Assembly (NCBI GenBank): GCA_964270895.1
Contig: OZ185436.1
Reading direction: 5' to 3' (one strand)
DNA: 64,000 bases
Source: Podarcis filfolensis
Lineage: Eukaryota
A model generated the notes under the pieces. The model did not search any database, was not told where the DNA came from, and saw nothing but the letters and a program-made list of their open reading frames with translations. The translations under genes and the position numbers were made by a program. Position 1 is the first letter of the stretch; each line of letters begins with the position of its first letter. Of this stretch, positions 25,271-37,042 are shown piece after piece.

Positions 25271-25792
25271 TGTTGTTGTTGTTGTTTAGTCGTTTAGTCG
25301 TGTCCGACTCTTCGTGACCCCATGGACCAGAGCACGCCAGGCACTCCTGTCTTCCACTGCCTCCCGCAGTTTGGTCAGACTCATGGTGGTAGCTTCGAGA
25401 ACACTGTCCAACCATCTCATCCTCTGTCGTCCCCTTCTCCTTGTGCCCTCCATCTTTCCCAGCATCAGGGTATTTTCCAGGGAGTCTTCTCTTCTCATGA
25501 GGTGGCCAAAGTATTGGAGCCTCAGCTTCAGGATCTGTCCTTCCAGTGAGCACTCAGGGCTGATTTCCATCAGAATGGATAGGTTTGATCTTCTTGCAGT
25601 CCATTAGACTCTCAAGAGTCTCCTCCAGCACCATAATTCAAAAGCATCAATTCTTCGGCGATCAGCCTTCTTTATGGTCCAGCTCTCACTTCCATACATC
25701 ACTACTGGGAAAACCATGGCTTTAACTATATGGACCTTTGTCGGCAAGGTGATGTCTCTGCTTTTTAAGATGCTGTCTAGGTTTGTCATTGC
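25271..25792 (-). mobile_element. 5'-truncated RTE-BovB LINE, 3' end with (CAA)n tail
   Basis: MTNLDSILKSRDITLPTKVHIVKAMVFPVVMYGSESWTIKKADRRRIDAFELWCWRRLLRV*WTARRSN...LKLRLQYFGHLMRREDSLE...VHGVTKSRTRLND is the Bov-B C-terminus. One in-frame TAA at 25604-25606. Confidence 0.95.
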
Positions 25793-28700
25793 TGTGGTAA
25801 AATTTGCTGTCATTTTCTGATACTTTACAGCAAATGCTTATTGATAAGAGAGGTTAGCCCTAGAAGTGTTGTATCCTCATTTCAGGTACTGCATGATCTA
25901 GTAATGGTTCCTAAGGAAAATGTCAACTAGACATTTGAGTTTTCCAGTTTTGTTGGAGCAGTGACCTGTATGCCATGCAGTTATATTGTCTGCATTGTGC
26001 TGAATTATTTCAATTACAGAATAATCATGTTATGGAATGGAATCTCATGCCCTAGAAATAAGGGGAAAGAAGGACAGAGAATGTATTGTATCTCAAAAGG
26101 CTATATCAGTTTATTTAATTATGGATTGTCATCATGTTGACCTACACTTTTCCTTTTTATCACACTGAATAAAAAATAAAAGATTTACCTTCAAATTATT
26201 CATCCTCTATTCTTTTAAATCAAAAGACCAGCAGATGGGCAGTTAGCAGTTCAACAAAGGCCCAGTGTCCTTCAACACCATTTTAATGCCTTTGTCCCAG
26301 TGAGAGAAGCAACCAAGAAACTCAATCACCACTCATGTGGAAACTGCAGGTGTTGTGGTAAAATTTACGCTGACACTTTTATCGCCTGGTAAAGATTTTG
26401 TTAGTCTTTAAATCAATTATCTCCACTTGGGGACATTTTACTATTTAAAATAGCTGAGACAAACCAAATGTAATTGTTTCAACATCTGCCCCCCCAGCAG
26501 ATCCTTCTGCTGTAGTTCTTGCCTGAGAGCCATTTAGTCGACAAATGCAAAAAAACAGATGTAACTTTACACAGTATTTGGTGGAAAAATTAAAATCGGC
26601 GAGGCTTTTCTACTTATTTTTCCTTTTTATATTTAATTATTAATCAAAGGAATATATTTGACTCAACCTAAAAACGTTGTACAAATCAAGTCAATACAAA
26701 AAAGATGTACAGCCTCCTTAGAGAATTGTTCAGTGTGACATGGATTTTTGTCAGTACAGCCTATTTCCATTTCCTTCCTTGTATCTGCCAACCCAGCCTT
26801 TGCAGTTTTAATGGAGAGTCCTTCTTACGGACCCATCAATGTGTAGGGCCCATGAGTCCTTAGGGTCTTTTGGCGGTTCAGTTGCTTCCCTCCAAGTCTC
26901 CTTCACTTTTCTGCATCAGCTTAAGACACATCTCTTTTACCTCCATTGCTTATTTCCTTTATTACTGGATATTGTGGCTTTAATAGTGTTGAGAGCTATT
27001 TGAATGGGATCCTATAGAACAAAAAGCGCTTTAAAATATAATACATACATACATGCATACATACATAAATACATGAAGATGGTGGCTGCTGCAGAATAAC
27101 TTAGTGTAATCGGCCTCCCAATCTCTGTTGAGCATTTTGGGATTCCAGGGGTCTTGGGCTGTGTTTCCGTCAGAAATTGGGCGCAGTGGAGACAACAGTG
27201 TCTTTCAGCTATATGGTTCTAATTACACATACATACAGTTGAGTCTACTGTGGGGAGACTTCAGAGCATTTACATCTCAGAGGGTCTTGCTTCCTGTTGA
27301 TGTGAGGCAATTTAATCTTTTGCAGAGTCTGACCACAATAGATAATAATGGGTGCAAAAAGGGGACCCAAGCTTCCCACTTACTGGGCTATGCAATAGGC
27401 AAACAGACAATGGGACTATTTTCCAGATGAATAGACACACAGCTGGCCCAACCATTAGACAGATTAAAGCAATCACTTCAGGTAGCTGATTCTTGGTGTC
27501 CTGAAAGGGCAACAGACTGTTGGTTATTACAGTATTTTGTTATGGTATTTTCACTGCCAGGGATGGGAAGAGAGACACTTTTGATGTTTTCTACCTTAGG
27601 TGTCAAAGCAGCTTGACCTGTATTGGGGTGGGATGAGGTAGGAGGCATCATTTACTGCCTTTCCTTGGACACCAAAACGTATTGGGCCAACCCTGGCTGG
27701 AAGGATAGATAGGCCATATAACCCAGAACTGAGAAGACCTTTGCTTCAGGCTGTAGTTCACTAGAAGAACATAGGCTTAAAATAGTTCCAAGTGCTCAAT
27801 CGCTGGCTTTTGCACCACAGGCAAAAAAGCCAGATAGCCTTGGCTTTGATCCTAAAAGAAAGTTTATAATGTACCAGCAGCAATTAATTATTGTTGTCTA
27901 CAAGCAAAAGATGGTCATGCCTCTATGTCTAATCTAGCTCCCAAGGTTGCTCTGGGGATTAAATAAGGAGGGAGAAGAACCAGGTGTATCACCTTAAACT
28001 CTCTGGAGAAACAGGTGAAATATAAATGCAATAGAATAAAGAAATTTCCAGTTCAGAGTGATGTCACCCTATCAAGCACACCCTGAATGGGTATGGGATA
28101 CTTGCTAACCTGGTCCCCTTTACCACTACATCATAATTCCATCCTTCACTAGATCTTCATGCACCGGCACATGGTTCTGGCATTGTGTTCCCGCACTGCA
28201 TAAAACTAGTGATATAGTAACACACTGCTGCCATAAACCCACTACGTGTTTGGTTGTTCCCTTGTCATTAGGGATTTAGTAGTAACATTTCCACCCAGTG
28301 AATGTAACATGCAGATAGAAATCTGTTAGGAAGATGTTACTAACATTTCCTTTCAGTTTATGGTCCTGTCAACCTACAGGACTCAAGTGCATGTGGGAAC
28401 ACAAGGAATTACTCCTGCCATTTTGAGCTGCTGGGAAACTAATGGAGTGGGAGAGCCTAAAAAGTGCTTATGTTATGAATGTGCACTTTTCATCATATGA
28501 ATAGCCAGAAATCTGAATTTTATTGAAGCAGACAGGTCAATGGGCTCCTTTGTTCCTCAGAAACAGTTTGCTGTGGATATTCCCAGACAGATGAAATTAA
28601 GTAACTATCCTCAACTCGCTGTGAAAGGACAGTCATTTTAATCAGCAAACATTTATTATACTATAAGCTGCCTGTCCTAATTGGGACAGGAAGCTCAATT

Positions 28701-29089
28701 TATTGCAACTACTCATGTGAAAGAAAGGGGACAGTTTTAAAATCTGTACAAGCACAACACACATGCTTTCAACCACTTTATGCTTTGCCAAACATTTTGT
28801 AGGGTTAAGGGGCAAGTTACTTCATCAGTGAAATATTTCTGCCTTCACAGCTTTTTCAAAAACATGTTGATTTGAAGAAAGGTACTTTTAATTATATGCT
28901 GTGGTGGAGCAAATAAACATCTTTTAGAAGTTATAACCAGCAAATCATAAGATGCATAATTATTTTTAATCAGAAGCCCTTGAAATCCGCAGCATAATGC
29001 AGAAGAACTGCAGCAAGGAACAACAGCGTGACAGCAAGGTGTTTTAAAGTGTTTGGCTATGTGTAAACATCTGAAAGCCTGTCTCCATC

Positions 29090-29275
29090 CCTACCAACCT
29101 TCGGGTACTGATATTTCCAGGGGTGGGGGCTCTCTTGGTAGTTTCACCACCCTCAGAAGTGCAGGGAAGTGCCTGGAGAGCACTTTCTCTGTGGCTGCCC
29201 CTAAACTGCTGAACTCGCTTCCCAAAGAGGTGTGTCTAGCATCTTCCTTGCAAAGCTGAAGATGCATTTATTTAC
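29090..29275 (+). mobile_element. Old L2 ORF2 3' remnant
   Basis: FSVAAPKLLNSLPKEV motif (compare AFSVVAPALWNALP). Confidence 0.6.
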
Positions 29276-29519
29276 CCCGGCCTGTGACAGTTGAAGTAAT
29301 TTGTTTAGTTGGAGCCACCCCTTTTATACGTTTCTGTTCCATCTGGCACTGTTTTACATGTTTTATTATGGCAACGGTGTCACCAGTTTTTATAATTATA
29401 TAGTCTGTTGTTGAATCCTGTCTGGGACCTTATGGTGAAGAGCAGGTAACAAATAAATAAATGCCCAAGTAGTTTAATTGTCTTCCGGGAGTCAGTTCAG
29501 CTTTGTGAAATGTTAAACA

Positions 29520-29610
29520 TACAGTGCAATCCTATGCATGTCTGCTCCAAAGCAAGTCCCCTTAGGTCCACTGGGGTTGACTGCCATGTAGGTGATTATA
29601 TGACTGTTGC
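29520..29610. repeat. Short palindromic interspersed repeat (related copies near 20225, 25170, 35488, 42185, 58255)
   Basis: Recurrent tgcaatcctat...aagtccc...gggactt...ataggatt pattern. Probably an old non-autonomous DNA transposon. Confidence 0.5.
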
Positions 29611-30499
29611 CTTATGTGCCTTGAAAAATGGGCCCGTAACATTTCTGATCCTAGTGACAGCTTAATTATTGAAACTTTATGAAGTTAGAAATGAACACTG
29701 AGACCAGCGCAAATGCAATAAAATAATAATTAAATAATGAGCTATTTGCTGACAAAACCCAGGAATGAATAAGCTGAGTCATTTACTTTCATCCTTCAGC
29801 AAAAACATAGTTGAATTTATTACTGTTGCTCTTGAGTGGTGCTACTATAACAAAAGTTCTGTAAACACTCCCATTTTAAAGTCCTGTTTCTGAAGATTAA
29901 TTCTACTGAAACAAATTGCTTCAGGCTGACAATAGTGGGAATGTTTTCAGAATGAATGGACTATTTTAAAGGCTCAGCTAATTAGGAGACTGAGATTTAC
30001 CAGTTTCAAGGGCATTTTTAAATTGCCTGATCACTATTTATTTTTCCAATTGCATTTGGCTGGCCTTGGTGTTAATTTCTAACTTCACCCCCCCCCAAAA
30101 AAATTAAGAATTAAGGGGGAGGTATTTCACGCGCAAGTACAGATGTGGGAAGATCCGAAAACTGCTATCAGTCTCATGTGCAAAAAGTTTGCAGAGTTTA
30201 TTGATCCGAATCAGGTGCACTGCAAGCTTCTATGCTTGCAAGTTTAGAGTTATGTGGTAGATACTGCTTTTTAATAATCACAACTTTTTTTTATTATTTG
30301 AAAGAAAAACAAACGTTCAGCCAGAAGTATGAAGGGCTCGGCTTTCGTAAGCAAGTTAGTATACAGTACTGCTAAATACCCGCATTCTGTGCTCCGGGGG
30401 GGCGGGGCAGTACTTGACTGTAGGAGAAAAAAGTGGTGGGGAGATCCGCAGCTCTTAAATCCAAATTTTGCTGCCCCAACGTGCCTTCTGATATCTGAT

Positions 30500-31700
30500 C
30501 CCCAAAGTTTCTCGAGGCTGCTGTTGCTCATGTGACGTTAGTTGCTCTCCCCGCCCCCCCACTTTTGCTTTGCTTTGATGCCTAGCGGTTTTTATCATGC
30601 CTAGAGCCCTTTAGCAGGCCGGCAGGCGTGGTGCTGGTTGCTATTATAAACATCTAGCGAACCAGGAGGGAGGCGCCTTCTCGTTCAGCAGGGCAGGGGC
30701 GGAGCGAGGCAGGAGGCGTGGCCCGGGGAGCTCGGCCCGTCCCGAGCCGGGGAACTCGATTGCAAGCGGGAAGCATGGTCGGAGGGAGCGGCGAGCAGAG
30801 TTGCGAGGAGGCGGCGGCGGCGGCGCGCCAGGATGGAGCCGTCTGATGGCTGGGATCCCTACGGCCGCCCGGCGCGCCGGACCCAGTGGCTGGTCAGCGC
30901 CCTGGCATACCACTACGGGCTGGACCGGGGCGTGGAGAACGAAATCGTGGTGCTGGCCACGGGCTTGGACCAGTACTTGCAAGAGATCTTCCACCACCTG
31001 GACTGCGAGGCCGAAGGCAGGATCCCCGGCGAGGACTTCCGCACCCTGTGCGGGGTGCTGGGGCTGCAGGCGGACGGCGGCGGCGACGAGGCGGCCGCCG
31101 ACCCGGAGGAATGCGCCGGCCTCTACGAGGACGTCGCCCCGGAGCTGACTTTCCGCCAGTTCCACGCCAAGCTGTGCGGCTACTTCAGCGCCAAAGCCGG
31201 CTGCCCCGCGACGGGCCGGGGCGTCGCGGGGGTGGCGCGGCTGCCGGCTGGCAAGGAGAGCGAGCACATCGAGACCCAGATCCGGCTCCGCAGCCCGCTG
31301 CGCCGCCGCCGGGAGAAGGAGGCGGGGGCCGGGCGCGGGCCGTCGAACAAGAGAGAGGGCGGCCGTCGGAGCAGCAGCAGCAGCAACGCCAGCGGGTCTG
31401 CTTCCACCTCGTGCACCTCCTCGCAGTCGTCCTCGTCGTCCTCTCCGCCACCTTCTCCCCCCGGGCCCGGCTCGGATCGCCGGCTGGTGCCGTCGGGCTC
31501 GTGCTCCCGGGAGTGCTACGAGGAGATCGTGGCCCTGGAGCAGGCGGAGGACCGCATCGTCAAGCTGGAGGACGAGAACGCCAGCCTGCGCGAGCTGGTG
31601 GAGGACATGAGGGCGGCTCTGCAAAGCAGCGACGCCCGGTGCTTGGCGCTGCAGGTGAGGGGGCCGGAGGGGGGAGGCTGCCCAAGCGTGGGCTCACGTC
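30500..31700. promoter_or_regulatory. CpG island / EFCC1 promoter and exon 1
   Basis: Very CpG-rich. TATAAA at 30645-30650; GC box and TGACGT near 30533-30560. Confidence 0.8.
30833..31654 (+). CDS. EFCC1: EF-hand and coiled-coil domain-containing protein 1, exon 1
   Basis: [77 protein letters not shown] and [23 protein letters not shown] match recalled human EFCC1/CCDC48. Kozak ccaggATGg, donor CAG|gtgagg (phase 0). Confidence 0.96.
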
Positions 31701-32464
31701 GTTGGAATTCAGGCAGAAAAGAGGTCACAGGAAAGACGGGAGTGCCTGTGGGCACGTGCAAAAAAAGGGCCTTTCTCGCAGCACCCTGTAAAGTTTCATC
31801 AAATAGTTTTCAGGTAGTTTAAGGACTGTTACATCGACAGCGCGGGGCTCTCTGGGCGTGGGAAATCTCCCCAGGCCACGCCTCCTCCATAGGCACGCCC
31901 ACTCAAGGCCACGCCCTAAAGCAGTGTCAAATTCCACCTTCTACTCTGACTTTTCTTCAGATCTTATAGAGTATAGATCACCTTTTACTAGTTCCCCTTT
32001 TTCTTGAGTGTTTTTACCTGAATGAAATGTGTCCTTGATTCTGAATAATGGCTCTCTTGGTTGCTTGGAGGAAGGAAAGAGACATGGATATGGGGGTGGG
32101 TGTAGAAACTAGCCCAACAAACAGAAGTAAACTTTTCATTTCTTGCTTCATGCACTTGGGTCTCTGGTCCTGCCCAGCACTCTCATGTGGCTGCCAGAAG
32201 GTTGTCTAGATGGGAAGGAGCCCCTTGATGTGAAGGGAGTTCAGAGTTCTGGCACAGGTGGTGAAGCAAATTTGTTTTTTGTTGCCCAGAGTCGAGACCT
32301 GGAGGGAAAGGCCACCAACTAAAAGAAAATGGATTTTGACTAAACATGAGGAATAATTTTCAGTCTGTAGCATTTGTCGCTGCCGTCACTCCCCACAAGT
32401 TTTCCTCATCATCTCCTTCCGCAGCTCAGGAGATGGGTGGTCATAAATACTCACCAGAGTTACT

Positions 32465-32620
32465 ACCAAATCTGACTCTGCTATGCATCAGGTCCCTCAC
32501 CTGCAGACATCTCTGAGAAGGTGTAATCCCACTCTGTGATAACACAAGGCCTTATTAGTGGGAGCCCCCACTTTGTGGAGCTTCCTACCCAGGGAGGGCC
32601 CTCTGGGGTCCATGTTTCCT
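32465..32620 (+). mobile_element. Old L2 remnant
   Basis: ggccttattagtgggagcccccactttgtggagcttcctaccc resembles the L2 ORF2 3' motif. Confidence 0.4.
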
Positions 32621-34250
32621 CCTCTTTTTCATATCAAAATTGTCCCGTTTCAAAAACATTTTTTGTTGTATGCGTGTGTGAGCACACTTTGTAATTTGCT
32701 TTTAAAAAGACCCACTGTGCCATTTTTGTTGTTTTATTTATAAGTGATTATAGGTTGGAGCAACTCTTTTGAAAATGGAATATAACTGTTTTAAATAACA
32801 TTTAAAACTCCTGCCTGTGCAACATGACTTCCTTCTTCCCTCCCCATATGCACCCCCATCTCTGTCCCAGAGGGTCCTCCAACTCCCTGGAGCAGATTGT
32901 GAGGAGTTCCACTGCACAGGCCAAAGCCTATTCTCAAGCATGGACACCACTGGATACAACCCAATAAAAATAAATAGTCATAAAAGCAGCTTTATCCTGT
33001 ACTGATGTGTGGGTATATTTACCTTGAAGGTAAACATAAATACAGATTCAAAAGAACTTAAGTTTGTGCTCATAGTGATGATACAGTCTGCACTTCTACA
33101 TTTGGTGCAACAGATCTTAGTATCAGCCTGTGATACTTCTGATGCACTTCTGGCAAGCTATTACATCATTGTGTTTGTGACTTTGTGAGAGTCAAAGATA
33201 CACAGAATACACTCTCAATTGTGTGTTCTGCACGTTTGTTCTTGTATGGCTTCTAATGTGTTCATTGCTTAGCATGCTTAATAATGACCAGCCTCAAAAA
33301 TTGGTTTTAGTACCATTCTCCTAAGACCCTCCTGTTCACGGGTGTATGCCTTGATCAGTTCTTGTATTACAAGGAAGCCGCCCCATGTATTGGAATGGAG
33401 CTGGGGAGAGAAAATTTGAGTACAGTAAGCCCCAAACTTACACACTTAACTACAGGACATTCAGCTTTGCACAGTTGGCTCTTTTTTGTAATTTGTTTAA
33501 AAATAATAATAATTGGGGGCAGGCGTCTGGGGGGGGGGAAAGACTTTGGCAATCCCACCCACCACTGAACCCAACATTTTTTGACCATATGTGATTTTGG
33601 CTTTAGGTGCGATCCCCGAAATGTGACCCTGTGTAAGTTGCGGGCTGACTGTATTCATATTAATGTAAGAAAATGTAATGTACGGTAGTCACAGGTTTGT
33701 GCATGGGTGGCTATAGGAAGGAACGTAAAATGGCAGCAGTTTGCTTTCCAGCCTGTAACCATCACAAAGCAGTACTGTTTCTGTTCCACTGCAGTTTGGT
33801 TTCCATCAAATACTAGGTTATTTGTCTCACTTCCCACTATTTTAATGATACTGTTTGATGTAAGCTATATAACATGCATTGTTTTTACTTTTCATTTACA
33901 TTAGAAATCAGTGTTAAAAGAACCCATTAATTATGTGTTGTTTGAGGACTTAAAACAACAGTGATGTTAGCAAATATAGGTCATATTTGCTGACTGATTT
34001 CCATTTGTGACCATAGGCTAGGATGCAAACTATAGCAATTTCATTTCCTTTTCTTGTTTTCATTGGAAATTTCTGACATCTATAGGTTTATGGTTCAGTC
34101 TTTGTGGTACTTTAGCCTTGTTTGAGACCTATATGAGCTGGACTTTCTAAAACATCATGGACGAAAGTGAATTTGAAACAAATATGCTTGATTAAAGTGT
34201 AGCTTCTTTCCTTCTAATTTATATTTCTACCTCTGCCCTGTTGATTGTAG

Positions 34251-34660
34251 GTAGGATTGTGGAAGAGCCATGCTAACCATAAGAATAATGGGACCTGTTT
34301 TATAAGCAACCGGAGACAATTAGCTAATGGTCAGTCCCAGACTTCCAAGTGCCTTCAGAGTGTTCTAAAAGAGGTTGAATTAATCCGAAGTTCTAGGGAT
34401 GGACAAATTGAAGAAGCAATTAGGTTCAACCAAGAACTGGAAAAAGAACTGAGGAATTCTCACGAAGCTCTGGTCGCCCTGGAAGACTGCAACCGCAGTC
34501 TAAAAAGAGAGCAAGCGGAAATGAGGAAAAAGGTTGAAGAAGCACGGTATGCTGTCCTTAACAGCCTAGGAAAAGTAAAGGAACTCGAAGCTAAAGCCCA
34601 TAAAATGCCGCAGCTGCAGATATATATTCAGCAGCTAGAATCAGAGCTACAATATTATAG
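34251..34660 (+). CDS. EFCC1: EFCC1 exon 2 (coiled coil; VGLWKS...LESELQYYR)
   Basis: Acceptor ttgattgtag|GTA in phase 0, donor AG|gtaagc (phase 2). Resembles human VGLWKSQ...LEAELQRYR. Confidence 0.94.
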
Positions 34661-35670
34661 GTAAGCCCGAAATTGCCAAAAATAAATATCAGATGCAGCG
34701 TATATGTGTGGTTTGCAAATTCAGTTGTAAACGTCTTCTGAAATGTGGTGGGTAAAGAATTGGCCTCTACCTAGTTATTTTCTTAGTAGGGACTCTCAGT
34801 AAAGCGTCACTTATCTCCCTTCTAGTTAAGGCCACAGCAAGCATGATTTAGTGGGAACAGGAAAGGCTATCAAAGAAAAGCCCAACACACCATTGACAAA
34901 AATCAGCAGATGTTAACAATCTAATTTAGGAGACATTATTAATGGTCTTGTGGGAGTTGATGTTTAGAAAGGGCAACATGTAATCTAATGGGAGAGGCTG
35001 TTGGGGGGGGCGGAACCCACCAGCTGGTTATCATTAAGGGCATTGGTTGCAATCTGCATTTTAGCTTTATGTGAATATTTGTACAGCGCTACCCATTGGG
35101 ATTCCTCATGTTTTGGCACTTCATAACTTCTCTTTATGCTGTTATACCAAATGTTTTGGGCCACGCTTGAAGAAATTTTCTCCAGGAAGTTAAGAATGGT
35201 CATTTATATTGCTGTTTTTTAGGTTAGGCAACAGCTGCTTTGTCAGGATGATCTTCTAAAGTGAACTGCATTTGTGGGTTTGTCCATTTAAAACTAGTTT
35301 TAAAACTTGAAACTTAGTTATCAATATATTCACTAATCAAAACGGCCGTACGATGTGATATGTGCTAGCATCTCGTTTTGTATACAGTTGTGAGCGATTA
35401 TTTCCGTTTCCCCAGTCATGATGAAAAGAGCTAAGTGATCCTGAGAAAGGGGATCATAACACTACATGGATGTACTATGGAAGCTTATTACAGTGCAATG
35501 CTATATGTATGGCTAGTCAGAAGGAAGTCCCATTCAGTTTACTGGGACTTGTTTTCCAGGTAAGTGCATATAGGATTCTTGCTTTAATGACTTGACTTTA
35601 CTTTCTTTGCCTTGCAGAGGTGGGGTGAAAATTTAAGAAGGAGTGAGCCACCTCTGCTTGAATTGTCGAA

Positions 35671-35860
35671 GGGCTGTGGCTCAGTGGTAGAACATCTGCT
35701 CTGCATGTGGAAGATCCAGGTTCAGACCCTGGAATCTCTAGGATGCCTAAGAAAGATACCGGCTCCAAACCCTGGAGAGTTGCTGGATATTAGTGTTCGT
35801 AGACAGTGTAGTGATAGATGGACCAATAATTTGATAAGGCAGATTCCAGTGTCCCTAAGT
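35671..35860 (+). mobile_element. tRNA-derived SINE (degenerate)
   Basis: A box tggctcagtgg, B box ggttcagaccc, body ccctggagag...gatggaccaat. Confidence 0.65.
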
Positions 35861-35881
35861 AATTTGACATACTCGTATCAA

Positions 35882-36133
35882 GAAAGCCAGTGTGGTGTAG
35901 TGGTTAAGAGCGGTAGTCTCATTATCTGGGGAACCGGGTTCGCATCTCCCTCCTCCACATGCAGCTGCTGGGTGACCTTGGGCTAGTCACACTTCTTTGA
36001 AGTCTCTCAGCCTCACTCACCTCACAGAGTGCTTGTTGTGGGGGAGGAAGGGAAAGGAGAATGTTAGCCGCTTTGAGACTCCTTCGGGTAGTGATAAAGC
36101 GGGATATCAAATCCAAACTCTTCTTCTCTTCTT
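35882..36133 (+). mobile_element. Full-length tRNA-derived SINE (Squam3-like) with (CTT)n tail
   Basis: gccagtgtggtgtagtggttaagagcgg head, gggttcgc B box, ggtgaccttgggctagtcac body, CTT tail. Confidence 0.85.
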
Positions 36134-36917
36134 AAGTCCTAAAGATCTGCAGTGGTGCATCTGTTTGTATTAGCTGTGCAGTGCCCTTCCAACATAACCG
36201 TAAAGGAGCTTTGAAATTTATTTATGCACACCTGCATGCACGTACATTGGGGCTGTGTTTGGCACACTTATTTGCAGGTGCAGTACATTTTTTAGGACTA
36301 GACTGTAAGTGCCATTAGTATACTATAAATGTCTGCTTATAGTCCTTTTTTTAAGGATCAATCCTTTCTCATGGTTAAACTCAGTGCATTGCTAAACACC
36401 CTTAGGCTCCATAGATTCTGGAGAGGCAAGCATCCATAGATATGTGTAGAATTATGGCTAGTGTTTACTACTGTAAATAAGGCATTTTGCTTCTTTGTTC
36501 TGTGCTACACGGGTAAACCAGATGATGACCCTCCAAGACAAAACGAGCCAGGGTTCATAGCTCTCATTATTGCTGACATAGTACACTTGGCTCTCCAAAC
36601 AAACTTAATAGTGACACCAATTGTGGATAGTACCAATTCCATGCCTGGTAGCCACTAAATAGGCTTTCACTCAAGACGGACTAAATCAGACACCAAAGCC
36701 AGAAGCAATTGAATAGACGGCTTTGCATTTTTTAATATACCTGGGAGCTCACTTTACCGTTTTTCTTAATAATGAGAACAATTACAGCATTAATTTGTAT
36801 GGGGTATATCTGACCAAGCATGTTGTACTGAAATCTCATACAGCCCTAATGTAAAGAAGGTTGAGGGGGGGTTGTGGGCCAAAGATCTTTTAGTTGGGAA
36901 ATAACACTGGTTATTTC

Positions 36918-37042
36918 CAGTGTTATTTTTCTAGAAGAAGAGGTGCGGAATTCACCATAAACACCTCCCTCATTCTCTTAGAATGGCAATGGCACCCCAT
37001 TGAGAAGTGCCGGAATTGAGTTCTGGCTGAAAAAAAGCCCTG
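36918..37042. mobile_element. hAT MITE, 125 bp
   Basis: cagtgttattttt ... aaaaaaagccctg with a perfect TSD gttatttc. Confidence 0.85.

Noticed and set aside
30644-31624. 326-aa minus-strand ORF, plus the 301-aa and 115-aa alternative-frame ORFs
   Set aside because: Shadow ORFs of the GC-rich EFCC1 exon 1. Stops are depleted by base composition, and the proteins are low complexity.
35882-35950. tRNA-like A and B boxes
   Set aside because: A SINE head, not a tRNA gene: no cloverleaf, and it continues into the SINE body.
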